A stretch of 64,000 bases of DNA, taken from Octopus sinensis (Eukaryota). The stretch is taken from the NCBI RefSeq assembly GCF_006345805.1, contig NC_042999.1, positions 9,982,001 to 10,046,000 of the forward strand. The letters run 5' to 3'. Below the pieces are notes generated by a model, which saw only the letters and a program-made list of their open reading frames with translations, was not told the DNA's origin and did not search any database. Each line of letters begins with the position of its first letter. Positions within the stretch are counted from its first letter, which is position 1. The translations under genes were made by a program, and so were the position numbers. Positions 40,610 to 52,902 of this stretch are shown here, in pieces.

Positions 40610-40843
40610 ATGTTTCTTTATTACCCACAAGGGGCTAAACATAGAGGGGACAAACAAGGACAGACAAACGGATTAAGTCGATTACATCGACCCCACTGCG
40701 TAACTGGTACTTAATTTTATCGACCCCTAAAGGATGAAAGGCAAAGTCGGCCTCGGCGGAATTTGAACTCAGAACGTAACGGCAGACGAAATACGGCTAC
40801 GCATTTCACCCGGAGTGCTAACGGTTCTGCCAGCTCGCCGCCT
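40610..40843 (-). mobile_element. SINE family B in the MRPS28-HDDC2 intergenic region
   Basis: Consensus match; flanked by repeated TCGATTAGATATAT (40598-40611 and 40844-40857), a likely TSD. Confidence 0.88.
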
Positions 40844-40865
40844 TCGATTAGATATATTATATCTA

Positions 40866-41071
40866 CGAGGGGTATGAAAAGTTCCTGGTTTTAAGGGAGT
40901 CGCAAAAGGCCTGGTTGGAAACCTAACCCTGCGAGTTCTTTTACAGGACTTAGAAAAACTGAAGGACCGCTGCAGTGTGTGAATCGGAGGAGGGATTGTG
41001 TTGAATAAATTCATAATTAACTGACCCCACCTGTATTTTCTTTTATCCAAAGCCATGAACTTTTCACAACC
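40866..41071 (+). mobile_element. Internally deleted mariner element
   Basis: TA|CGAGGGGTATGAAAAGTTCCTGG...CCATGAACTTTTCACAACC TIR-like ends; internal GAGGGATTGTGTTGAATAA resembles the mariner transposase C-terminus (G.YVE*). Confidence 0.65.
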
Positions 41072-42239
41072 AATTAATTCTATATATGCTGGGGATCGTA
41101 ACACCAATTCTCTTTTTCAGAACATTAAGCAGATTGGGTAAAATGGAAAGTGTTAGTCTGTTTCAATTACTGGACATATCTTGAATATTTGCGAGCACTA
41201 ATAGTCACCATAGAGGTGGTGAGCAAGTTATACTCGATTAGAAGCGTCCATTACAACTCCTTGGAACTTCCTCTTCTGGGTTTGATGCTAATGAGGCTAT
41301 CATAGGTTCTGTTGCTAAATGTTTATTTGGGAAAATTTAAACTTAAAGTAGCAAGAACTGAGTTACTTTCTGCTGTTTCAAGCAGGCCAATGACAAAACA
41401 TATTCCAGCCGTGACCTTCTTCCTAAATTCATGGATGTTAGGAAAGCCTAATGAATGAGTCCTTTTTTTTAAAGAATGTAGAGTGTTTTTTTAGGAAGAT
41501 TTGGCTGCTATTTCTAGCAGTTTGTTTTTATAAAACATTCACGAGAGATTTATCTTCTTTTTTCGAAGGCCATCGAGAACTCCCCCACCCCCCCAAAAAA
41601 TTATGAAGTTCTCAAAGCTGGTACAAGTGCTATAGGTTTGCTATGAAGGATGTAGCATATCTCGGGTGAGTCAGGTTTATCGGAAGCCATCCTAAAGTCA
41701 AGCTAAACTCCACTCAACAAATAAATGAAATACTTGTCATTTCAAGAATGGTGCCACTACTTATTGCTGGAATGAAAAGATGAAAGAAAACTAAGACGGC
41801 TGCTTCAGCTACTTTGATATCAGAAGCTTGTAGATATGTTCTTGATGACAACTATTTTCATTAATAGAATCGAAAAAAAAAATTGAACAAAAAATTCAGT
41901 CTCAAATTAAATTCAACGAAAATTGAAATAAAAAAAATAAAAAGAATGAAATTTTGTATGTACTTTATTCATTTATTTTTTTAAATTCAATTTATTGCCC
42001 GGCTTTATTTTACGAAAATATCTTTCTTCGTATTATCACTCTGAAATTTCGAAAAGATAAAAAATAATATCTCGTTATTTTCCACTTGTGTTAATAATTA
42101 AATATTATTTTCGTCTTGTTTCTAAAACTAGTTTTTAAGAAGAAAAACTATTTTTAGTGTGTATAGGTCTCCATAGAAAATGTTGTGCTCGTTTTTCTCT
42201 CCCACAATGTAAACTTTGTCTCTGTTCAATGAAAATCCT

Positions 42240-42347
42240 GTTTACAAACGAATCGACCAATGAAAACCTTCGTTACAAATCATTCGGTGACTCGTCACAT
42301 TTTTCCCAACACGTTTTCAGCGAATTTTAACTTTTCTGTCGGCAAAA
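42240..42347 (+). promoter_or_regulatory. Putative HDDC2 proximal promoter / 5' UTR
   Basis: CCAAT at 42257-42261 and imperfect palindrome GTGACTCGTCAC (bZIP-like) at 42287-42298, just upstream of the ATG. Confidence 0.4.
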
Positions 42348-42410
42348 ATGACTGAAATTTCAGGATTTTCAAAATTATTTGAATTTATGACATTAGTTGG
42401 ACAATTGAAG
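42348..42410 (+). CDS. HDDC2: HD-domain 5'-deoxynucleotidase HDDC2, coding exon 1
   Basis: aaaaATG MTEISGFSKLFEFMTLVGQLK then GTAAAT donor (phase 0); matches human LLQFLRLVGQLK. Confidence 0.9.
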
Positions 42411-43875
42411 GTAAATTTTTCTCTGAAATTTATTTATTACAATCACAAAATACCTTTTCCTTCATTTTTTATTTCGGAGGATGAAGAAACCGCTGATTAA
42501 AAACCTTTTTTTAATAATAAATTAGGGTCGTCTGATAAATTCGTTCTTTTTCATCCAAATTTGTTTGAATTATTTCCAATGTTTTAATTAATTTATGATG
42601 GTGTTTCCTGCTGTTTTTTTTTTCTTCTATTTTTTGTAACTTTATTCTTCTTTCTAAAATTCGAGTAAATTTTGCCTCTCTTCACACACGACGATGAAAT
42701 GCAAACAGAAAAAAGCAAAAACGTATTTTTTAATGAAACTAGATTTGTCACTTAAATGTAATTCATCTTAATATATGATAATCCTTCACATAATTTGTGG
42801 CAAGTATTTCCCACAAAGCAAAATTAGAGAAATTTAGAGATATCAGACAAAAATCAGTCAAAAGCACGACTTCAGGAATGTGATTTTTTTTTTTTTTTCC
42901 ATCTAAAATTCCAGAGGAATTTTTGGCATATCCAACCCCTACTTCTTGGTAAAAAGCAAGGAATTTGGTGTGTTTTCGCCCTTCATTTCGGTATTTCTGT
43001 GTTTCATACAACAGGAATTACTATTCTGAATTTCTTTTCTCAAAAATTTTCAGTTTTTTTTTTTAATTTTTTATTTTTTGCCCCCAAATTCCTCTCCTTT
43101 TTCCCTTCCTCCTGATGGGAACTTCACCGAAATTTCCATCCCCATAAATGACTAAAACACGTTAACAAAGCGATGAGAACTAATGTATTTATTTGCTTGT
43201 GATGTTATGTACTTTTAATTAAGCTGTATGATCTAAAACAGCCCCTCAGACGCTTTCGGAAATTCCCGATGTGAATTTTCCGAGGCCTTTCGCGTGCGCG
43301 CATTTTTTTTTTTTTTTCCTATTCGTCCAGAGGAAGTTGTTTTATACCTATTACACACATTTTTTTTTTGTTTCTTTGAATGGTGTAACGCTTTAGTTTA
43401 ACCAAACTTTGGGAATGATAAGCTAAGATGCTGCATCCGTTAAATAACATGTCAGGCCATCATTGAACCATTTTATGTTGTCAAACATCCTGTTTTGTCT
43501 CTGTCAATATTAATTTTGAATAAATGTTTTGTGTGCGACATAATTACAGGCGTGAACCACTCCATCCAAATTTGTTTCTTCGTATTTTCATTTAAAAAAA
43601 AATAATGGAATTTTCCACAGATACCTTTGAGACGATGTGGATTGCAATTATGTCGGAATTTGATGGAGGGGGGGTCGGATGATTCATACGTCTCCACTTC
43701 GTTCCTCGCACGTTTGGATGTGTGTGAAATACCCCCCCCCTCCGTTTTTTTTTTCTCCTCACCTTCACATTGCGACATAATCACAATCTTCTACACCATA
43801 TAAAGAATTAAAGTCGACGAGCGACAGGCATATATCAGTATTTAATGTTCCATAGCTATGTGGTTAACAAGCCTG

Positions 43876-44125
43876 GGTAATACATGAGAACAGTGGTCCC
43901 GGTGCGCGCACTCGCGTAGTCGCGCACCCGCGCCAGCTAGTCGTGACTAGTCGATCCTACAACGACTACCTAGCAAAGTAAATAAAACACAAAATAAATA
44001 ATTTTTCTACACAAATTAAATGATTTTTGTTGAAGTAAATAAAATTACAAAAACACAAAGGATCGACTAGTCATGACTAGCTAGCGCGAGTGCGCGCACC
44101 GGGACCACTGTTCCCAAGTAGTACC
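43876..44125. mobile_element. Merlin-like MITE, copy 2
   Basis: Same TIRs; perfect 8-bp TSD CAAGCCTG (43868-43875 and 44126-44133). Confidence 0.82.
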
Positions 44126-44544
44126 CAAGCCTGTGTCCCAACTATGTGGCTTCTGGTTCAGCCCCATTGCACTCTACCCCGGGCTTACTTGCTGCATCAA
44201 AAGACCGACAGCTGAAGTTTCCACAAACTGTTGCCTCGACATCACTAAGGTCAGACATGGTGATGATTTCGGAACCATCCAATTCGATGACTCCGTTAGA
44301 ACTTTTCCCAGGGAGGGTCACATTGAGGAGACAAATGAGAAATAAGATAAGGAAATATGATGAACCGGTGGAGCTACACCAAATCACTTAGTGGCAAGCA
44401 AGGTGTAATAATCCCATTGGTGTGGGATGGAGGGTATTTGCAGGCCAGCAGTCCCCCTCTGCAGAGTTGACAATATGCTGGGTATCACAGGAGCCAGGAG
44501 GCAGAAAGCTATTGAAAGAACATACTAGAATGTAGTCCTCATCA

Positions 44545-45027
44545 TGGCTCGGCTTCGCGAACGAAGATCAGGAAGGCTGTCCACGTCGCGTGCATGCACG
44601 CTCATGACTGACAAGTCCGATATGGGAAAGGCAGGTCCATGAGCAGTGTCCATAGACGAAGGTAACATCCGGTGTGGTGTCAGAGGCGGCTCGCGCCTTC
44701 CTCCTGCGTCTCTTGTCTTTAAGCGCGTCTCTTCTTTGTTCCTCAAACTTGCTGTCTGCGTTGAAGATCGTGTGGCACCAGACATCACGGTCCGCAGCCA
44801 GGTCTGACCAGCAATGGTGGTTAATATGACATGCTGTTAGAGACTTCTTGAGGCAGTCTTTGTAGCGCTTCCTCGGAGCTCCTCTCACTCGGTGGCCGTT
44901 GGAGAGTTCGCCAAACAGGACAATCTTTGGAAGGCGATGGTTCTCCATTCTGGAGACATGCCCTGCCCATCGGAGGTGGTATTTCAGTAGTGTGGCTTCA
45001 ATGCTGGGGATCTCGGCCCGCTCCTAC
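44545..45027 (-). mobile_element. 3' fragment of a second RTE-clade LINE family
   Basis: LRWAGHVSRMENHRLPKIVLFGELSNGHRVRGAPRKRYKDCLK...C-terminal zinc-finger remnant HCSWTCLSHIGLVSH. Confidence 0.88.
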
Positions 45028-45489
45028 ATAGCCCTTTAAAAAAAAGGCACTGGATGGATTACTAAGTGAAGGCTGAAGATATTTACTCCTTTTATGTTTC
45101 TCCTCAAATGTTCTAACTTCAGATTCCACCAAGATCAACTTTGGCCAGAGTTGATAATGTAAATAGCTTGTGCCCTCCTATATTTGGCATCAGTTTGTCT
45201 CTGTTCCTATCCCAGGTTTTCTTGCCTTGCCCAAGGAATCCTTAGTCAGAGCTAAAATGTGTGCTCTAAGACAGAATGAAGGAGATCCATTGGGCCTAGA
45301 TGACAAAAATATGATGTATCTACACAGGATGGGCATATGGTATTTGATTTTAGGGAGATGTATGAAGCTGTCTAGCAGGTAAGGGTCAGTGACAGGAAGG
45401 GTATCCAGCTGTGAAACCTCTAAATATAATCATCTAACTCATACTAGTATGGGAAAAAACAAGGCTTAAGAAAAAAAAAAGCGTACCAA

Positions 45490-48400
45490 AAGTCTGTATC
45501 CTCTGCCATCTATCGGACGTCTCTCCCATGAACACCTCCAAAGGCTTAATGTTCCCCCATCCCCACTTAGGATTTATCTCCTATACAATGTAGTGATTAT
45601 GTAGCGCATAAAAAATGGTGTAGTGCATGCAGGATGAAGGCTACTGTATGTTTATGAGTTCTCCAAACATGAGCTTTCTTTTCAGGTACATGACGCTGCA
45701 GTCCTCCATCCCAGGGTCTCACAGGCCCACACCCTCAGGGTTGGTACACTGAAAGGTAGGTTTGGTGAGATTGTTGAGATGCTTGAATGAAGATGTGTAG
45801 ATTTGTGCTGCATCCAAGAAGTAAGGTATAAGATTTTCTGGGCAGGAAACACTGACGGGGGAGGGGGTGTGGGTATACTTCTTGCAGAGAAATGTGTTAA
45901 GGTAATCGAGGTAGTCAGAATCTGTGATAGAATACTTAAGATTAGATTATAGCTGCAACATGGTTTAGCAACCATTATCTCAGCCAGGGCTACCTGATGA
46001 ACAGAAAGACTGATTTTATGACACCCTCTTGCAGACTACCTCATCGACGAATGACAGGGACATTCTCTTTGTAGCTGGCAACTTCAGGGGGCATGTTGGA
46101 CTACATGCAGGGGGCTTCCATGGTGTACATGGAGGCTATGGTTTAGGTTCCCACAATGAGGAGGAAACCAGGCCGCTTGAGTTCTGCGATGCGTATGATC
46201 TTATGGTTTGTAATACTAACTTCAGGAAACCTGACGGACACCTATTCACTTACTGATCTGGTGGTCACATTAGTCAAATTGATTACATCCTTGCTGGCAA
46301 ACGGGAAAGATGGCTACTTATAAATGCCATAACCTTCCCAGATGAAGAATGCACCCCACAACATAGATTAGTTGTTAACAACCTCAGGATCAGGGCTAAA
46401 TGGATGTCCAGAAGACGGCCAGCATGAACAAGAAGGGTCTGGAAGCTTAAGGATCCTGCAAATGGACAGAGATTTAGAGACATTACTAGAAGCTTTTGAT
46501 GAAATAGAGGGGATATAGCATCACATGATGTGAAAGACAACTGTAGGTTTCTACAGGACAACCTGTTCAGGGCCACTGACCAGATCTGTGGATGGTACAA
46601 AGTCCCCTCTCAACCCAAGGTAATGTGGTGGTGGAACAATGTAGTTGACAGGGCCTTTAGGGAAAAGAAACAGGCATGGATGGACTGGAAGAATGGTGGT
46701 AGCAGGGAATTGTATCAGACTGCCAGAAGGGAAGCTAGGAGACCGGTTTATTTAGCCAGAGGGGAAGCAGATAAGAAAAAATTTGCCAGTGTTCTGTATT
46801 GTGAGGACCAAAGTCTTGAGGTATTTCGTGTTGCAAGACAGTGTGTGAGAGAGAATCGTGATGTTGTAGGAGAGAAATGTGTCCGCATGGATGATGGTTC
46901 ACTTGCATTTGATGATGCTGCAAAGAGAGAGGTTTGGAGACGCCACTATGAAAGGTTGATGAACAAAGAAAATGAATGGGAGAAAGAGAGTCTGGCGATT
47001 GTCGACCCAACAGAGGGACCAGCTATCCGAGTTGACAGTACCTTGGTAGTTGAAGCAATTAAAAGTATGAAGACAGCCCATCAGGAATTACTGCAGAGAT
47101 GCTCAAAATATCTGGCAGTGTCGGCTATAGCCTACTCACCCACATAGTTAACCAGGTGATACACGAAGGAGTCATACCCAATGACTGGTGTAGCAGCATA
47201 ATAGTCAACTGCTACAAAGGTAAAGGTGATGCCCTAGATACAAATAATTACAGAGGTATCAAGTTATTGGATCAGGTAATGAAAGTCATGGAAAAGGTCA
47301 TAGCCCAACTAATTAGGGAGAGAGTCAGTTTAGATGAGATGCAGTTGGGGTTTGTGCCAGGAAAAAGCACCACTGATGCTATATTTTTGGTACGACAGCT
47401 GCAGGAGAAATTTCTAGCCAAAGATAAACCTCTGTACCTGGCTTTTGCTGACATGGAGAAAGCCTTTGACAGGGTCCTCCAATCCCTTATCTGGTGGTCA
47501 ATGAGGAAACTAGGGATAGTTGAAGGGTTATTGAGAGCTGTACAAGCCATGTACAGGGATGCTGTCAGTAAGGTGAGGGTTGGCAATGAGTACAGTGAAG
47601 AATTCCGAGTAGAGTAGGGGTCTCCCAAGGATCAGTCCTCAGCCTTCTCTTATTCATCATAGTCCTCCAGGCAAAAACAGAGGAATTCAAGACAAGATGC
47701 CCCTGGGAGCTCCTCTATGCTGATGACCTTGCTCTAATAGTTGAGTCACTATCAGAACTAGGGAAGTTTCAGATGTGGAAGCAAGAGCTAGAATCGAAGG
47801 GCCTTAGAGTCAGCCTAGCTAAATCCAAAGTCCTAATAAGTAGGAAGGCAGACAAACCACAAATCCCTTCAGGTAGATAGCCCTGCTCAATCTGTAGAAA
47901 AGACGTAGGTAGAAACTCCATAAGATGTACCCAGTGTAAGCTATGGACTCATAAAAGGTGCAGCAATATCAAAGGAAGGCTTACTGGGAAGATAGTTTTT
48001 GTGTGTGGCAAATGCTCAGGGGCAATAAACACAAAATGTGCAGAAAACAGCTTCCATCACATTCCAGGGAGAAAAACAAGTAGTTGTTCATAGCTTCCAT
48101 TACCTAGGTGACCAAGTCAGTAGCGGGGGTGGATGCTCTGATAGTTTAGATGCAAGAATAACCCTAACCTCTGCTGGTGACAAAGGGCCTCTTGCTCAGA
48201 GTTAAAGGTAGACTGTATGATGTATGTGTGCAAACAGCCATGCTACATGGCAGTGAAAAATGGGCCATGACTGCTAAGGACATGCATAAGCTGGCAAGGA
48301 ATGAAGCCAGTATGGTCCACTGGATGTGTAATGTCAGTGTGCATACACGACAGAGTCTAAGTGCCGTAAGAGAATATAAATAAATATGGAATTTTGATGG

Positions 48401-48810
48401 AAGATTTCATGCATAAAGAAGTATCAAGCTCTTGTTGTGGAGGGTACTTGTGGAAGGGGTAAACCCAGAAAGACATGGTACAAGGCAGTGGGAAAGGGTT
48501 TTCCGGTGCTGGGCCTCACTGAGGAAACAACAAGGGACTGGGGCATTTGGCGACTTGCTGAGACACGTCAAGCTAAGTAAAATTGCTCTCTTCCACTTAT
48601 AACAGCTTGTCCTTTCAGGTGTCTGTGCCACATAAAAAGCACCCGTGCCAGTGGCATGTTAAGGGGCTGACATTAGAAAGGGCATCCAGGCCATAGAAAC
48701 CATGCCACAACAAACAATGGAAGTCTGGGCAGCTCTCAGCTGGCCAGCTCCATGTCAAACCATCCAACCCATGCCAGCATGGAAAGCAGATGTTAAATGA
48801 TGATGGTGAT
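45490..48810 (+). mobile_element. Near full-length degenerate RTE LINE (APE endonuclease + RT) in HDDC2 intron 1
   Basis: VGTLKGR..DLCCIQEVR, VAGNFRGHVG, SQIDYIL (APE); NYRGIKLL, FADMEKAFDRV, QGSVLS, LLYADDL (RT); many stops and frameshifts; (GAT)n tail. Confidence 0.93.
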
Positions 48811-49130
48811 AACTTTAAAATGGAAATTTTATATCAATTTGCTTAAGGTGATCTTTATCATCATTTAATATTTGTTTTCCATGCTGGCATTGGTTGGACA
48901 GTTTGACTGGGGACTCACAAGCCAGGTAGTCATGCCAGACTCCAATCTGATTTGGTAATGTTTCTACAGCTGGATGCCCTTCCTAACGCTAACCACTCTG
49001 AGAGTGTAGTGGGTGCTTTTTACGTGCCACCGGCATGGAAGCCAGTCAGGCAGCACTGACATCAGCCACATTTGGATGGTACTTTTTACATGACAGGAGG
49101 GGAAAGAGCTAAATGTGTGTGTGTATATAT

Positions 49131-49177
<47 letters not shown>

Positions 49178-49666
49178 CAAAGATGGGACAAGAACGCAAA
49201 ACATCCATACAGTTAGAAGATACAAGAAAGGCACAACAAAACATCCAGACAGACGATACAAAGAAATCAAGGACAGGTCATTCGGAGTTTTCTTTCCTCG
49301 GTCAAGTTCCAGATTATCTTTGCAATTTCGGCTGGTTATACTCGAGATTGCTCCAATCTGGCCAACCCCTTACAAAGCTAAGAGCGCTAGATTCCTTGGA
49401 AGAAAGCAGCAAATGTATACAAAAACAAGGACGGAAAAAAATGGAGAAATGGTACACAAATTCAAATAACAACATTAACAACAGGTGTCTTTCGACTAAG
49501 GACGAATGAAATTAAGCTGGCGTGTGTGGAAGTAAAGCCTTACGGCAGGGACATAGGATTTGACAGGCACAGGGAGGAATATATATATATGCACATTTTA
49601 TATATGTCTTTACAAGTGTGTACATGCATTATTTTTGTTTTCTCTCTTTTTTTTCACAATTCCTAG

Positions 49667-49791
49667 CGTATAAGGAGAACAGGATGGATTCGAAAAAATG
49701 TCAGTGACCCTGAAAGTGTTTCTGATCACATGTATCGGATGGCTGTGTTGGCATTTTTAGCTGATCCTTCACTTGGTCTTGACAGAGAAAG
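49667..49791 (+). CDS. HDDC2: HDDC2 coding exon 2
   Basis: Polypyrimidine tract + cctAG; RIRRTGWIRKNVSDPESVSDHMYRMAVLAFLADPSLGLDRE(R) contains the RTGW and ESVSDHMYRM motifs; donor GTAAAT, phase 2. Confidence 0.96.
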
Positions 49792-50122
49792 GTAAATAAC
49801 TTGGGCAGTAAGGTAAAGAGACATTACCTTTTTTTCTATTACACACACACACAAATCTCTTTTGTGACATTTGCCAACTTTATGGAATTTCTTATAAATG
49901 AAATGGTCAAATATCTGAGAGTTGTAAATAAAATTTCTATGTTTTAAATTGTTTGATCTAGAGGAAGAGACCATGTGTAAGGCCTTCACAGGTAGTCTGA
50001 ACCATTGAGATTAACCCAGATAATGTTCTTCTGGGACAGCTAAAGAATAACATGCACAGGCAGGGAGTTCTAGGAGACTAGGAATTTGGAGTTTCAGAGT
50101 GATGGTGGTACGAGAATACCCA

Positions 50123-50330
50123 GCGGTGAGCTGGCAGAAACGTTAGCACGCCAGGCGAAATGCGTAGCCGTATTTCGTCTGGCGTTACGTTCTGAGTTCA
50201 AATTCCACCAAGGTTGACTTTGCCTTTCAGCCATTCGGGGTCAATAAATTAAGTACCAGTTACGCACTGGAGTCGATGTAATCGACTTAATCCATTTGTC
50301 TAGCCCCTTGTGGGTAGTAAAGAAATAGGT
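50123..50330 (+). mobile_element. SINE family B
   Basis: Consensus match; GGTAC(G/C)AGAATACCCAGC repeated on both sides (TSD-like). Confidence 0.85.
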
Positions 50331-51069
50331 ACCAGAATACCCAGCTCCAAGAAATGGTCAAAGAGAGAAGACAGTGCAGTTGTGAACCAGAAGGTTGAAA
50401 TGTTCTAGTGAGCAACTTGATGCCAATCTGCTGGCTGGCTTTTGACTTTTGTTATGAAGTCTTAAGAGGTCTATGTGCAGCAGCGGCATTGCTCCCTGAT
50501 ATGGGGTCAGTACTTCATTGAAAGTTACTAGTTTTGTTGGGGTTAAAGCCAGTCTTTGTGATGTATCTTAGCTTGGTTGAGGATGTACAAGTATACTTAT
50601 GGAAGGTGGGGGTGGCTGTTGACATCTCTAAGGATCAAACATTTTGTAATATTTACATTGCATTATGTTTTGATTGGGTTCACCAAAGATCATCATCAAG
50701 TGTCTATGTTCATAGTACCAGACTGAATAATGGTGACATATAGTGGATAGGAATGTTTTGTTACTCTTCCTTTCGAAATAAAGGTAACTAGTTCCAATGC
50801 AATCTGGGATTATTTACACATCCAAGAATAGGACCTAATGACAGAGATGAAACCGGTGATCAAACCAAAGTATTCTGTAGATTGGGGTAAAGCTTAATCG
50901 CCAACATAACATGGCTGTCCTGGTTTAGGATGAATATTGCTGTAATTTAGCCCCAGGAGACATCGTATCCAGCTGGCTATACGACACGATCTGTGTCCTT
51001 ATAATTTCGAACAAGGGAATCTAGCACCCCCGCTCAGCTCAAAACAATATCTGTGTATCGCGATTTCCA

Positions 51070-52902
51070 GAAGGCTGCACCAGGCTCCAGTCTGATTTGA
51101 CAGGTTCTACGGCTTGATGCCCTTCCTAATACCAACTACTCCAAAAATGTAGTGGGTGCTTTTTACATGCCACCAGCACGGGTGCCAATCGAACAGTACT
51201 GTCATCGGCCACGTCAGCAATTTTGATTTCACTTGCCTCAACAGGTCTTCGCAAGTGCAGTTTATTGCCCAATGATTGAAGGGTACTCTTAAATAGGCTG
51301 GTTATGCTGCACTGGCATAGGCCATGGTTATGGTCTCACTTGGCTTGCCAGGTCTTCTCAAGCACAGCATATCTCCAAAGGTCTCAGTCGCTTGTCATCA
51401 CCTTGGTGAGCCCAACCTTTGAAGGTCATGCTTCACTACGTCATCCCAGGTCTTCCTGGGTCTACCTCTTCCACAGGTTCCCTCTACTGCTGGGTTGTGA
51501 CACTTTTTGACACAGTTGTCCTCATCCATACGCAACACATGACCATACCTGTGCAGTCGTCTCTTGCACACCACATCTGATGCTTCTTATGTCCAGTTTT
51601 TCTCTTAAGGCACTTAGACTCTGTCGTGTATGCACACTGACATTACACATCCAGCGGAGCATACAGGCTTCATTCCTTGCAAGCTTACACATATCATCAG
51701 CAGTCATGGCCCATGTTTCACTGCCATGTAGCATGGCTGTTTGCACACATGCATCATACTGTCTACCTTTTACTCTGAGCAAGAGGCCCTTTGTCACCAG
51801 CAGAGGTTAGGGTTGTTCTTGCATCTAAGCTCTGAGCATCCACCCCTGCTACTGACTTGGTCACCTAGGTAATGGAAGCTATCAACTACTTGTAGTTTTT
51901 CCCACTGGAATGTGACGGAAGCTGTTTTCTGCACATTTTGTGTTTATTGCCCCTGAGCATTTGCCCCACACAAACTATCTTTCCAGTTAGCCTTCCTTTG
52001 ATATTGCTGCACCTTTTATGTGTCCATAACTTACACCGGGTACATCTTATGGAGTTTCTACCTACGCCTTTTCTACAGATTGAGCAGGGCCATCTACCTG
52101 AAATGATTTGTGGTTTGTCTGCCTTCCTACTTAAGGCTTTGGTTTTTGCTCTATTGACTCTAAGGCTCTTTGATTCTAGACCTTGCAGCCACACCTGAAA
52201 CTTCTCCTCTAGTTCTGATAGTGACTCAACTATTAGAGCAAGGTCATCAGTGTAGAGAAGCTCCCAGGGGCATCCTGTCTTGAAATCCTGTTATTGTCTG
52301 TAAGACTATGATAAATAGGAGGAGGCGGAGGACTGAACCTTGGTGGACCCCAACCTCTACCTGGAATTTTTCTCTGTACTCATTGCCAACCCTCACCTTA
52401 CTGACAGCATCCCTGTACATGGCTCACACAGCTCTCACTAACCATTCATCTATCCCTAGTTTCCTCAATGACCACCAGATAAGGGATCGGGGGACCCTTT
52501 CAAAGGTTTTCTCCATGTCAACGAAAGCCAGGTACAAAGGTTTATCTTTGGCTAGGAATTTCTCCTACAGCTGTCTTACCAGAAATATAGCATCAGTGGT
52601 GCTTTTCCCTGGCACAAACCCAAACTACATCTCATCTAAACTGACTCTCTCCCTAATTAGTTGAGCTATGACCTTTTCCATGACTTTCATTACCTGATCC
52701 AACAACTTGATACCTCTGTAATTATTTGTATCTAAAGTGTCACCTTTACCTTTGTAGCAGTTGACCATGGTGCTGCTACACCAGTCATTGGGTATGACTC
52801 CTTCGTGTATCCCCTGATTGACTATACAGGTGACTAGACTATAGCTGGCACACCAGATATTTTAAGCATCTCTGCTATGATTTGTGATGGGCCGGGAGCT
52901 TT
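51070..52902 (-). mobile_element. 5'-truncated RTE LINE in HDDC2 intron 2
   Basis: Reverse complement of ~47075-48365 plus 3' UTR; ORF remnants at 51522-51797 and 51886-52194. Confidence 0.93.
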
